Notes under the pieces: model-generated
What the model saw: the letters and a program-made list of their open reading frames with translations, nothing else
What the model was told of the DNA's origin: nothing
Database searches by the model: none
Shown: positions 11,522 through 25,400 of the stretch, one piece after another
Layout: every line of letters starts with the position of its first letter
Position numbering within the stretch: position 1 is the first letter of the stretch
Position numbers and translations under genes: made by a program
From: the human T2T-CHM13v2.0 reference genome, Homo sapiens
Strand: one strand, 5' to 3'
DNA: 64,000 nt
NCBI RefSeq assembly: GCF_009914755.1
Contig: NC_060935.1

Positions 11522-13714
11522 TGTATTAGTCTGATCTCATGCTGGTAATAAAGACATATCCAAGACTGGGTAATTTATAAGGAGAAAGGTTTAATGAACT
11601 CACAAATCCACATGGCTGGGGAGGCCTCAGAATCATGGCGGAAAGCAGAGGAGGAGCAAAGTCATGTCTTACATGGCAGCAGGCAAGAGAGAGAGCATGT
11701 GCAGGGGAACTCCCCTTTATAAAACCATCAGCTCTCATAAGATTTATTCACTACCACAAGAATAGCATGGGAAAGACCCACCCTCATGATTCAATTACCT
11801 CCCACTGGGTCCCTCCTGTGACACATGGGAATTATGGGAGCTATAATTCAAGATCTGGGTAGAGACACAGCCAAACTGTGTCATTCTACCTCTTACCCCT
11901 CCCAAGTCTCATGTCCCTTTCACATTTCAAAACACAGTCATACCTTCCCAGCAGTCCCCAAAAGGCTTAACTCATTTCAGCATTAACTAAAAGGCCCACA
12001 GTCCAAAGTCTCATCTGAGACAAGGCATGTTCCTTCCTCCCATGAGCCTGTAAAATCAAAAGCAAGTTACTTACTTCCTAGACAGAGTGGGGTACAGGCA
12101 TTGGGTATATATACCCATTCAAAATGGAAGAAATTGGCCAAAACAAAGGGGCTACAGGCTCCATGCAAGTCCAAAATCCAATAGAACAGTCATTGAAGTT
12201 CCAAAATGATCTCTCTTGACTCCATGTCTCACATCCAAGTCATGCTGATGCAAGAGGTGGGTTCCTATGTCTTGGGGCAACTCTGCCCCTGTGACTTTGC
12301 AGTGTAGAGCTCCAGCTCTTGTCATGAGCTCGCATTGAGTATCTGTGGCTTTTCCAGGCACACAGTGCAAGCCGTAGGTGTATCTACCATTCTGGATTTC
12401 TGGAGGACAGTGGCCTTCTTACAATTCCACTAGGCAGTGCCCCAGTGGGGACTCTGTGTGGGGCCTCCAATCCCACATTTCCCTTCCATAGTGCCATAGC
12501 AAAGGTTCTCCATGAGGGCCCTGACCCCATAGCAAACTTCTGCCTGGACAGTCAGGCATTTCCATACATCCTTTAAAATGTATATGGAAGTTTCCAAACC
12601 TCAGTTCTTGACTTCTGTGTACCCACAGTCCCAACACCATGTGTAAGTTGCCAAGGATCGGGGCTGCAGATGAAACAGCTGGGATGCAAGGCACCATGTC
12701 CTGAGTCTGCCTACAGCAAGTGGGCCCTGGGGTCTGCCCATTAAACCATTTTTTTCCTCCTAAGCCTCCAAGCCTGTGATGGAAAGGACTGCCATGATGG
12801 TCTCTGACATGCCCTGGAGACATTTTCCCCACTGTCTTGGTGATTAGTATTTGGCTTCTTGTTACTTATGCAAACTTCTTCAGATGGCTTGAATTTCTCC
12901 CCAGAAAATTGGTTTTTCTTTCCTACTGCATCATCAGGCTGAAAATTTTCCAAACTTTTATGCCCTGTCACCTCTTGAATACTTTGCTGCTTAGAAATTT
13001 CTTCCACCAGATACCCCAAATTATCTCTCTCAATTTGAAAGTTCCACAGATCTCTAAAGCAGGGACAAAATGCCCAGTCTTTTTGCATAGAAAGAGTGAC
13101 CTAGTTATCCCAACAAGTTCCTCATCTACATCTGACATCACCTGAATGGGACTTCGTTGTCCATATCATGATCAGCATTTTGGTCAAAGCCATTCAACAA
13201 GTCTTTAGGAAGTTCCAAACTTTCCCACATCTTTCTGTCCTCTTCTGAGCCATCCAAACTGTTCCATTGTCTCCCAGTTACCCACTTCCAAAGTTGCTTC
13301 CACGTTTTGGGGTATCTTTACAGAAGTACCTCACTCAACCAGTAACAGTTTACTGTATTTGTCTGTTCTCACACTGCTATTAAAGACATACCCAAGACTG
13401 GTTAATTTATAAAGGAAAGAGGTTTAATGGATTCACAGTTGCACGTGGCTGGGGAGACCTCAAAATCATAGCAGAAGGCAAAAGAGGAGCAAAGTCATGT
13501 CTTATGTGTTGGCAGGCAAGAGAGAGGGCATAGGCAAGGAAACTCCCCTTTACAACACCATCAGATCTTGTGAGACTTATTCACGGTCATGAGAAGCATG
13601 GGAAAGACCCACCCTCATAATTCAGTTACCTCCCACTGGCTCCTTCCCATGACACGTGGGAATTATTTGGGCTACAATTTGAGATTTGGGTGGGAACACA
13701 GCCAAACCTTGTCA
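11522..13714 (-). mobile_element. Complete THE1 (THE1C-like) MaLR: LTR-internal-LTR
   Basis: LTRs at 11522-11883 and 13354-13714 (tgtatt...tca); THE1-int between them; 5-bp TSD TATGG at 11517-11521 and 13715-13719. Confidence 0.92.
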
Positions 13715-13875
13715 TATGGAAATACAAAATAATTAATAATAATAAACATGACATCAGCTGTTTGATCTTGAATTCAATGAAATTATTGAAATTATTAGCT
13801 ATTTATAGGCTGACATATTTATTAATATAATAAATAAATTGTAGTCTCCACACAATTTTACAAGGGGCTGAATGA

Positions 13876-14504
<629 letters not shown>

Positions 14505-17500
14505 ATTCCATCAATTCTGATTTGTATTTTGTATAGAAAATGACAAATTTCCAAGAACTCCAAAGCCTCAAACAGTTTTATATAAGTACTCATTATGCCA
14601 CTGGATTCTTTCTTAAGTAGGATATGATTTGTATTCAAAATTTTTAAATAATTAGTTTGTAATTTTCACAGAACAATAAGGATTTTTTTTTTTCCATTTT
14701 GTGTTTCACAAAACCCAAGAGTCTCCCATAGGAAATTGGAGTATTGAAGCTGAAGCTAGCAAGAGCAAAACAAATGGCCACTATTTAAATGAGAACTAGA
14801 AAAGTCTAAAAGAGAACTGAGTTCACATGATTTTCATCCTTTGTTACTACAGTCTCCATTTATACTTGAACTCAGTTTCATCTTTTTGAAGAGTTACTGC
14901 TTTTCTTCTAGTGAAGAGAAAATAAATACGTTTTTGATTGCTTGCTATTCCATATAACTGAAACCAAACTAACTTGTTTTTTAAGTTTTCAGATTCTTTT
15001 GATATATTATAGTTTAATATCATTATTTTATCGCAGAAGATGTTTACCTTTTGCCATCTGCCAAGTAACTTTCTACAGTTATTAAATCCATGAAGTTCAT
15101 CTCTTGTTGATCATCATAGTTGAAGAAATCAAGGTGACAGTTTTTTTTTTTTTTTTTTGAGGCCTATTATGGTTAAGCATGGTAACATTTTTAGAGAAAT
15201 TGTTTAAAATCATTATGATAGTCTCAAACTTTTAAAGTCTCAAATCCATTAAAAATTAAAGTTTTTAAGAGGATTCCTTTAGAAAGAAAATGAGATGGAG
15301 TTAACAGTCTTATTTCTAATAATTTTTTTTTTAATTTGAAGCTTATGCTGAAAAATACATGTCACTTAATGTCCTTCCCCTGGCTATATAAATCCTACTA
15401 AGGGACCAAAGAAAATGCCACCTTCATTTAGGCTTTCCCGGACTTCTCTAATATATAGTGTTATTGCCTTTTACCGTAATTCCTGTCATTTATTGAGGGT
15501 CAGTGTTGTGTCCTTCTTGACCTATATTAACTATTTAATTTCACAGCAATTCTATAAGATAGGTTTTGCAATTTTTTTCCACAGGCAGTACACTGAGTCT
15601 TAAAGTGATTTGTGTAAAGTTACACAAATAGTATGTGCAGAAAGAGAATTGACCCCAATCCAATAAGACTTTAAAGTCTAGACACTTCCCCATCACACTT
15701 AGTTGTTTGTACCTCTCCTTTGTCAGTAAATCATGTTTCCCTTAAAACATTCTATTTACTTAAGATTTCCCGATAGAATAACAAATTATTGAAGCCACAT
15801 GTCTTGTCATGATATAAGTCAAATGGTTTTGTGGGAAACACAATGGACCAGGGTCAGAAGACCTCCTACCAAGTTCTTGCTCAGTAATAACTTTAAAGAA
15901 ATTCAGAAATTTCAAGTTTAAAATGAGGAAAGAATTGTATTCCAGGGTTGTTGTTTAAATGTAAATATAAGGAAGGCTTTTTATAAGGTTAATTCAGTGT
16001 ATGTTATTCTTATATGGAACTATACCAATTTTGGGTCCTATTCACAAAAAAGCTGACTAATACATATTGTTAGAATGAATGAATAATATGAGAGTTAGAG
16101 AAATATACAAAATGTACAATTTTTATTCACTTTTCTCCTATTGCCATAATCTCTTCAATGCATATTTGCAATTTCAGTTTATTTATTCATGTGCTCTACC
16201 TAATATTTATGCATTGCTTGCTCTTCACATTTTTGTTTCGGTTAAGACCTTCTTTTTCCTTTATTTCATGCTTCTTTTCTCTCTCTTCCCTACCTCATAG
16301 CCTTCTTTGTTGGCAATCAAACAGCCAAAAATTGCATGCTGTCTATTTCATGCCTAGCAAAAGATGCTTCTATTCTTGTCTAAGACTTGGCTGGCTCATG
16401 TCAAAATTCTCATACCATCTCCTCTCCAGTCTTTCATATTGAAATCTCAAGCATTTCTCCAGAAATTCCCTGTGTACCCAAACCACTTCATTAAAGGCTT
16501 ATTCATTTTCTTCATTAAATACATGTATCTATTTCTCTATAATAAGACTAGTGTTTAGTTTTGTTTCCTCCCACCCCACCTTCCATCCTCATGGAAATAT
16601 TAAGTAATATTTAATAAAGACTGAAAATTTACTGCAAAGAAAGAGCTGTGATTTCAGCTCTATAGGCAATCTGCTGAGAGCCTCATAGTACTAAAAGCAG
16701 ATTATCTGATAATGCTTGCCATACTGATCATTTCATCTACCGAGGTAGATGAAAGGTAGATAAAATAAACAGGTAAAAAATATTTACTCAGGAATTATTT
16801 CATATTAATCGAGAAAAAATATGCTCATATAAATATAGAAAGGTGATGAAAATCTTGGAAACATATGGCTGACATTATAAAAGAAAGAAAGGGAAGGAGA
16901 CTGGTTACAGGTAGATTTCTCACCAGCTTTTTTAATGTGTGTGTTTTTCTTACATTTATTTATTACTCTAAATTTCTCTTTTGAAATTTGCTAATTATTC
17001 ATTTTTCTACTAGCATTGCCATTTTTTATTAATTATTAATATAATATTCATATCTAACTTAAAGACTTAAGCTCTTTTATGGTATGTCTATTTAAAATTT
17101 TCCCAATTTAAAAAATTGTATTGTTTATTTTCTTGTTGTTGAGTACTAAGATTACTTTCTATATTCTGGATACAAGTCAGATCTGTGATTACCTGATACT
17201 TCCTCCCAGTTTGTCATTTTTAAGAGAGGAAAATGTTACATTTTAATCTATTTATTCACTTTGCACTCATGACCCCTTTTATTACATTTATATTTAGAGT
17301 CCTTCTCAGTTAAATATTTATACAAAATTTTTCCTCACATTTTATATTTTATTTACAATTTCCATAGTATTTCTTATCCTATAACTGACATCTAAATTTA
17401 TATACAACAAAATTCACTTTTTGAAAAAATTCTCTCTTTATTGCTTTTGACAAATATACACATTTTTATCATCAAAACTAGGTACAGAAAAGTTTCATCA

Positions 17501-17775
17501 ACCGCCCCCCCCCGCCAAATTGCCTAAAAGTAATTTGTGCCATTCTCTTTTATGTGCTGCAATTGCTGATCTGATTTTTATTCTTATAGTTTTTTCTTTT
17601 CCAGAAAGCCCTAAATGGAATCATACAGTATGAAACCTTTTTAGTCTAATTTCTTTCTCTTAGCATAATACATTTGGAATTTATCCAAGCCATTGCATGA
17701 ACAACTAGTTTGTTTCTCTTTATTGATGATGAGTATTCCATTGTACTGATGAACTACACTTGGTTAATTCATTCA

Positions 17776-18272
17776 TGTTGGAAAAGACAGTCTCATGAGT
17801 ACAGTCTTTCTCCTACTTAGCCACCTAATGGATTTTGGGCCTGGAATACTTTCTTCCCAAGATAAAGAGTGCACACCACCTGTGCAGGGCCTATTGCCTT
17901 GTGTGAGAATATCTTTCTCCATTGCCAGCCTAGTATATGTCCCTTTGTTCTGTTTAAGCAAGTGTATCACTTGGCACTTGGCCAACTCCACTGTGGGGAG
18001 GGAATAGGGACCTTCTGCGGCACTCAAGGAGTGTGCATGGGCAATTACCCTGCATTCATTGCTAGGAGAGACCCCCTGGCCATGGGGTATTGAAAAATAC
18101 TCTCAGAATGAATTTTTCTCTGTTTCCTCTCTATGTAAATAAAGAGTTGTTCCATCCAGTGCTTGACGGTGTTGTGATTCCCATGATAACTGCAATACCA
18201 AAATGCAATGGGCAGAAATATTTGGAGTCCTCTCCAGGGATTGGCAACTGGTGCATGGTGTCCTGCTTAATA
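17776..18272 (+). mobile_element. Solo LTR, probably ERVL class; family not identified
   Basis: Starts TGTTGG, ends TTAATA (CA>TA); AATAAA near 18138; 5-bp TSD ATTCA at 17771-17775 and 18273-18277; the host L1 resumes on both sides. Confidence 0.75.
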
Positions 18273-18433
18273 ATTCACCTATCGAAGAACATCTGTGCTT
18301 TTTTGCTTTTTCCAAATTTGGCAATTTTATATACCTGGAGTAAATAAACTTTGTGTAGATTTTCTGTGAACATAAATTGCTATTTCTCTTGGATGATTAC
18401 AATAAGATTGCTGAGTCATTTGGTATATTTTAC

Positions 18434-18781
18434 TTTCCTTCTCTTTCTTTCCTTCTTTCTTTCTTTCTTCTTCTTTTTTTTTTCTTCCACAGAGTCTCTC
18501 TGTCACCTAGGCTAAAGTGCAGCATCAGCATATTGGCTCATTGCGATCTCTGCTTCCAGGGCTTAAGTGATCCTCTTACCTCAGCCTCCCAAGTTCCAAG
18601 TAGCTGAGACTACAGGCATGTGCCACTATGCCCAGCTAATTTTCATATTTTTTTTGTAGAAACAGGGTTTTGTCATGTTGCCCAGGCTGATCTCAAATTC
18701 CTGTGCCCAAGCCATACATCCATACATCTGCTTTGGCCTCCCAAAGTGCTGGAATTACAGTGATGAGCCACTGGCCCAGGC
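18434..18781 (-). mobile_element. AluJ with (cttt)n tail
   Basis: AluJ motifs aagtgatcctcttacctcagcctcc and ttgcccaggctgatctcaaattcctg. Confidence 0.88.
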
Positions 18782-19474
18782 TGATATGTTATATTTCTTA
18801 ATGATAAACTGCCTTAATAATAAACTGCTTAATGAAAAAGATAAATATTTCTCTTCCCCAAATATCTATACCATTTCGTATTCTCACCAGTAATGTATGA
18901 GAGTTGCCCTTGCTTCACATCTTTGCCAGCATTTAGTTTCCTTTTTTTCACTTTAGCCTTTCTAATACTTGTGTGAAATTATCTAATTGTTTTTAATTTG
19001 CATTCTTCTAATGTCTAATGATGGAAATATTTTCATGTGCTAATTTACCAGGGTAATTAGCATATTATTCACCTCAAACACTTGTCAAAATCATCTCTTC
19101 TTGCTACTTTGAAGTATGTAATACCTTATTCTTGGCTATAGTCACACTACTGTGCAATAAAACACCAGAACTCATTCCTCCTATCTAACTGTAATTTTGT
19201 TCCATTTGACTGACCTCTCCGCTCCCCTCTTCCCTGCTACTGTTTCCAGCATCTGGTAACCACTATCCTACTCTCTACTTCAATGAGCTCAACTTATTAA
19301 GATTCCAATTATGATTGCTATCATGCATTATTAGGCCTTAGGTGCTTGGCTTCTTTAACTTAACATAATGTCTTCCAGTTTCATCCATGCTATCACAAAT
19401 AACACAATTTCATTCTTTTTTTATGGATGAATAGTATTCCATTGTGTTTGTATACCACATTTTTTATCTGTGTT

Positions 19475-21591
19475 TAGGGAATCCCAAATCATGCCCATCT
19501 ATGTTGGTGAACTTAATCAATAAACATTTGTGTTCTGACTGCTCCACCAATGGGCCACTCTCCCTTTTGTGTCCTGCTCCTTGGGGCTTCCCTGTTGTCA
19601 GAGACAGAACAATATTGAAGTTAGGCCAATTAATCATCTACAATGGCTTCTAAATTTTCAACTGGAAGAAAGAGTCACATGCCTCTTACTTTAAATGAAA
19701 GCTAGAAATGATTAAGCTTAATGAGGAAGGTGTGTCAAAAGCCCAGATACACTAACCAGCCTAGGCCTCTTGTGCCACTTAGTCAAGTTGTGAATGCAAA
19801 TAAAAAATTTTTGAAGAAAATTTTAAAAATGCTACTCCAGTGAACACATAAATTATAAGAATCTGATACAGCCTTATTGCAGATACAGAGAAAGTTTTAG
19901 TGGTCTGGATCAAACCAGCCACCACATTCACTTAAGCCAAAGTCTAATTAATAGCAAGGCCTTGAATCTTTTCAACTGGCTCAAGGCTGAGAATGGTGAG
20001 AAAGCTTCAGAAGGAAAGATTGCAGCTAACAGAGTTTGGTTAATGGAGTGTAAGGAAAGTAGCCATCTCTATAACCTAAAAGTGCAAGGTAAAGTAGCAA
20101 GTACTATTGCAGAGGTTGCAGCAAGTCATCCAGATATAAGATAATTGATAAAGGTGGTTACACTAAACAATACAGTTTCAACGTAGACAAAGCAGACTTA
20201 TATTGGAAGAAGATGCTATCTAAGACTTTCATGCTAGAGAGGAGAGGTGAATTCCTGCTTCAAGGCTTCAAAGGACAGGCTGACTCTCTGTTAGAGATAA
20301 TGCAGCTGGTGACCTTAAGTTGAAGCCAGTGTTCTTTTATTGTTCCAAAAACCCCAAGGCCCTTAAGAGCTATGCTAAATGTACTCTGCCTGTGCTCAAA
20401 AATGGAATAGCAAAGCCTGGATGACAGCATATCTGTTTATAGAATGCTTTACTGAATATTTTAAGCCCACTGTTAAGAACTACTCTTAAGAAGAAAAGCT
20501 TCCTTTCAAAATATTACTGCTTTATGACAATGCACCCAAAAGCTCTGATGAAAAGTTACGAGGAGATTAATGTTGTTTTCATGCCTGCTAAGACAACATC
20601 TATCCTGAAGCTCATGGATCAGGGAGAAATTTTGGATTTCAATTCTTATTACTTCAGAAATATATTTCATAATGCTATAGCTGCCACAGATTGTGATTCT
20701 TCAGATTAATCTATGCAAAGTAAATTGAAAATCTCTTGGAAAGGATTCAACATTTTAATTACTATTAAAAATATTAGTGATTCATGGGAGTGGGTCAGAA
20801 TATCAATATTAACAGGAATTTGGAAAAAGTTGATTCCAACCCTTATGGATGATTTTGAGGGGTTCAAGACTTCAAGTAGAGGAAGTAACTACAGATGTAG
20901 TAGAAGAGTAAGAGAACCAGAGTTAGAAGGTGAGCCTGACAATGTGAATTTATACAATCTCATGGTAAAACTTGAGTGGATGAGAAGTTGCTTCTAATAG
21001 ATAAGCAAAGAATGTGCTTTTTTGAAATGGTATCTGCTACAGCAAAGATGCTGTAAGCCTTGATGAAATGACAATGATTTAGACAATTACCTAAATCTAG
21101 TTGATAAAGCAGCAGCAGGGTTTTAGGGTATTGACTCCAATTTTAAAAGCAGTTCTACTGTGGGTACAATGTTATCCAACAGCATTATATGCTACCAAGA
21201 AATCTTTCATGAAAAAAAAAAACAGTCAATTCATGTGGCAAACTTCATTGTTATTTTAAGAAATTGCCACAGCCACCCAAACATTCAGCAGCCACCGCCC
21301 TGATCAATCAGTAGCCATCAGTATCAAGACAAGATCCTCTATCAGCAAAAATATTATGCCTTGCTGAAGGCACAGATATTCATTAGCATGTTTTAGCAAA
21401 AATGTATTTTAAAATTAAAGTATGTCCATTTTTTATACCTAATGTTATAGCACACTTCATAAACTACAGTGTGGTATTATAACTTTTATATGCACTGGAA
21501 AAGCAAAAAATTGTGTGAATCACTTTACTGTGATATTTGCTTTATTGTAATGGTCTGAAATCAAAACAGCAATATCTCCCATGTATGCCTA
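19475..21591 (+). mobile_element. Tigger1 DNA transposon, left end deleted, transposase degenerate
   Basis: aagctagaaatgattaagcttaatgaggaagg; transposase-like fragments ([21 protein letters not shown]; WKKLIPTLMDDFEGFKTS); right TIR-like caatatctcccatgtatgccta followed by TA. Confidence 0.9.
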
Positions 21592-23800
21592 TATATTCTT
21601 AATATTAACCCCTTTTCAGGTGCATAGTTTGCAAATATATTCTCCCATTCTGCAGTTTGTCTCTTCACTCTTGATTTTTTCCTTTGCTGTGCAGAAGCTT
21701 TTTAGTTTGATATAATTCTCTTATTTGTTTACTTTTTCTTTTGTTGCTTCTGCTTTTCAGGTTTTATTGAAAAAACTTTTGTTCAGAGCCATGTCATAAA
21801 GCATTTTTTCCTGTGTTTTCTTCTAGTATCTCATAGTTTCAGGTCTTACATTTAAGTCTTTAATCCAATTTGAGTTGATTTTTGTAAGTGGTAAGAGATA
21901 CCGTTATAGTGTCATTCTTCAACATGTGAGTATCCAGTTTTATCATCACCCTTTATTAAGGAGACTGTCCCTTCCCCAATGTGTGTTCTGATACTTTGTC
22001 AAAAAGCAGTTGGCTGGAAATGCATGGATTTATTTCTGGGTTCTCTATTCTGTTCCATTGATCTATATGTCTGTTTTTTATGCAAATACCATGCAAGCAT
22101 GAATTTAAAAGGATTCCTTGTACTTCCTTTTTTTAAAATCATCTCAGAAAGATTGGTATTATTTCTTCTTTAAAAGCTTGATAGAATTATTTGGCAGTGA
22201 ATATATCTAGTGCTGAACTTTCCTTTCTGAATCAATATCATTACTCATTATTGGTCTGTTCAGGTGTTCAGTTTTTCTGTGGCTTCATTATTCAATCTTG
22301 GTAGGTTGTACATATCCATAAATTTATCCATTTCTTCTAGGTTTTCTAATTTGTTAGGGGTATAGTTGTTTATAAGAGTCTGTAATGATCCTTTGTATTT
22401 CTGTGGTATATTTATTTTTAGTCTATATTCTGTTTATGCTCTGATCTTTATTATTTCTTCATTCTGTTACTAGTTTGGGGTTTATTTTGTTCTCATTTTT
22501 CTAGGTTTTAGAAATGCAACTTTTGCTTATTTCTTTGGAATCTTTCTACATTTTTGATATAAGTGTTTTTGCTATAAACTTTCCTATTATAACTTCTTTT
22601 TCAGCATCCCATAGGATTTGGTATGTTGGGTTTCCATTTTCATTTGTATCAATATTCTTCAAAAATGTTTCTTCACAATTTCTTCATTACTCATTAGTTG
22701 CCCAGGAGCATGTTGTTTAATTTTCATTTATTTGTACATTTTCCAAGGTTCCTCATGTTATTGATTCCTAGTTTTATTATATTTTGGTTAGAAAAGTTAT
22801 CTGATATAATTTTAACATTTTTAAATGTGATAAGACTATTTTTTTTTACTTCACATATGGTCTATCCTAGAGAATGTTCCATGTGCAGATGAGAAAAATA
22901 CATATTCTGAGGCTGTTACATGAATATTTCTGTAAACATTTATTAGGTTTATTTGGTCTACAGTGTGGCTTAACTCTGTAAAGAAACTGATGTTTCACTA
23001 TATCTGGATGATCTGTCTATTGCCAAAAGTGGGGTGTTGAAACCCACCACTATTATTGTACTGCAGTGCAATCTCTTTCTTTAAGTCTATTAATGTTTTC
23101 TTTATATATTTAGGCACTCCTATGTTGAGTGCATGTATATTTATACTTGTTATATCCTGTTGCTCTATTGACCCTTTTATCATTGTGAATGTCTTTATCT
23201 TTTTACAGTTTTTGGCTTAAGCTCTATTTTGCCTAATGTAAGTATAGCTACTCCTGCTTTATTTTAGTTTCCATTTGTGTGGAATATCTTTTTCATTCCT
23301 TACTTCACTTTCAGTCTTCATGTGTCTTTATAGATGAAATGAGTTTCTTGTATGCAGCATACAGTTGGGTCTTTTTTATTTTTAATTCATTCAGCCTTTC
23401 TGTTTTATTTTGATTGAAGAATTTCATTTACATTTAAGGTAAATGATAGGTAAGGGGTTACTACTGTCATTTTGTTACTTGTTTTCCAGTTGATTTGTTG
23501 ATCCTTTTTTCATTTCTTCTTTTACATTTTTTCTTTGTGATTAAGTGATTTTTTCTAGTAATATGCTTTGATTCCTTGTTTTTTATTCAATACCTCACAA
23601 TTGCTGTGTTTTCCCTCTCTAAATTCCCAGAGATGCTCTCTGTCACTGCCAGGGTGAGGAAGGGGTGGTGTCAGTGATTCAGGTCTGTTTATTAAAATCT
23701 CTTATTCTAGTTTCTATTTGTGTGAAATATATTTTTCATCCCTTCCTTGCAGTGGGAGAGGGAAGATCTTTGTAGCTTCCTATTTGCCATCTTCTTCTGC
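21592..23800 (-). mobile_element. L1MA-type element with several internal deletions
   Basis: ORF2 remnants including the endonuclease fragment MIKGSIEQQDITSINIHALNIGVPKYIK (22998-23183); 5'UTR-like end near 23790. Confidence 0.78.
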
Positions 23801-24771
23801 CTCCCTCACAATTTATATATTTTTAAATATTGCCTATCTCTTAATAATAATAGCTAATATATAAAAATATAAAGGTCTTGAAGGAGAAATAATTGCAACC
23901 TCACCTTAAATTATCATGAATTTATCTTTTAGAAGGCTCACTTTAATAAAATGTAACATTTAAATGATTACTAATTTGCATCACTTCTTTGTATTATAAT
24001 TTTTAGATGATTGAATTTATCTTATTACATTGTGTTAGTGCCTTGTTTCCTACATCTTAATATGCTTCTTCCTTGGTGATTAATTTTATATTTCATTACT
24101 CTGTGCATTTATGATAATATGATATCTTCTGAAACATGTAGCTTTCATTAGTCTCACAAAAATTTCCAGGAATACCTTAACAATGCTTAATAATGTTAAT
24201 TTGTTCCTCTCTGTCCATCTCATTTTGTTTCTCACTAAAAATGTAGGTTTTTCTATTAGTTGAAAGATAGTTAGATTTACAAGTTTCTGTGTGATATAAT
24301 GGAAACAGTGCTTGATAAAATTCAGCAGCCTGTTTTTTTCCTAACATTTATTAATTTTGTGACCTTCAGTATGTTAATGAATTCTATTGAACTTTTTTTT
24401 TCATCTGTTTATAGGGTATAATTATTTCTATCCTGTTATCTCCTTTTTGTTATGGGATTACAAGATATTTAAGAGTCTAGTAAATAACTTTAATAAGTTA
24501 TGTAGTTTGAAATTACAGCAATTTTTTCAACACCTATAAATTCCTTTTCAGTACACATAGTATTTTATATAACTCTGAAGAATGAAAATATCACATGAAT
24601 AAAATCTTCCTTAATATGCTAGGGTCTTCCTTGCTAATGTGGATTTACCTGACTTAGATGGATTCTCTCCTTTCTTTCATTTCCATATACTAGAATTTGC
24701 ATTCCATAAATATTCTTTTTACCTCCTATTCTTCATCCTAACTTTGCACTCAAGTCTGATTTATGCTCTAT

Positions 24772-24814
24772 TGCTTCACTAAGACAATGCTTCACTAAGA
24801 CAATGGTTCACTAA
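24772..24814. repeat. 16-bp tandem repeat, ~2.7 copies (tgcttcactaagacaa)
   Basis: Two exact copies plus a partial third. Confidence 0.9.
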
Positions 24815-24999
24815 CCACCATGTCTTGCTGCCTTCTTTCAGTCCTAGTTATCTTTATTTGCATTATGGCATTTAACACTATAGGGCACCTTTCCATTCTG
24901 GAATCATCGTCTTTCTTAGATGCATGTAGGTCTCCTCTATTTCCAGTGACCACTTTTCTTTCCTGCAGTAGGTTGAACAAGATTGCATATAAATACCTA

Positions 25000-25200
25000 A
25001 GCTTTGATATTAGAACTGATTTTAAGTTCTTATTTTGTGTCCCTTTAATAGTTATTTGACCTTGAGTAAGTTGTTTAATCTCTCTGCTGCAGTTTCTTCA
25101 TCTGGGAAATGAGAATAATATTTCATTCCAGTCTCACTGGGTTGTTTTGAACATCATTGAGATTATGTGCATAAAAGCTTACCCAACTCTAACTCTCAAT
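25000..25200. mobile_element. MIR fragment
   Basis: tgaccttgagtaagttgtttaatctctctgctgcagtttcttcatctgggaaatgagaataata. Confidence 0.7.
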
Positions 25201-25234
25201 AATGTTAGATGTCATTGATATATTTTTTCAACAT

Positions 25235-25400
25235 TTTTAAATTTTATTTTTAATTGAAAATAATAATTGTACATATTCATGGAGTACGTAGTGGTGTTTT
25301 CAGTACATATAATGTATAGTGGTCACATCACACTAATTTAGCATATCCATCATCCAAATATTTAGCATTTCTTTGTATTAGGTGGGAGCATTCAATCTAT
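25235..25400 (-). mobile_element. L1MA 3' end fragment
   Basis: taattgtacatattcatggagtacgtagtggtgttt...tagcatatccatcatc. Confidence 0.65.

Larger units (their letters stand above)
17030..19470 (-). mobile_element. Old L1M 3'-region fragments, interrupted by a solo LTR and an Alu; boundaries approximate
   Basis: L1M 3' motifs such as atggaatcatacagtatg, cttagcataata, gagtattccattgta, tctcaccagtaatgtatgagagtt, tttaatttgcattc. Confidence 0.7.

Noticed and set aside
12152-13145. Overlapping 72-137 aa ORFs
   Set aside because: They lie in THE1-int and are frameshifted remnants of the MaLR internal ORF or chance antisense frames.
19962-20997. Functional Tigger transposase
   Set aside because: Broken into short frames by many stops and frameshifts.
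24772-24814. CRISPR-like or regulatory repeat array
   Set aside because: Simple head-to-tail 16-bp duplication with no spacers, in eukaryotic DNA.
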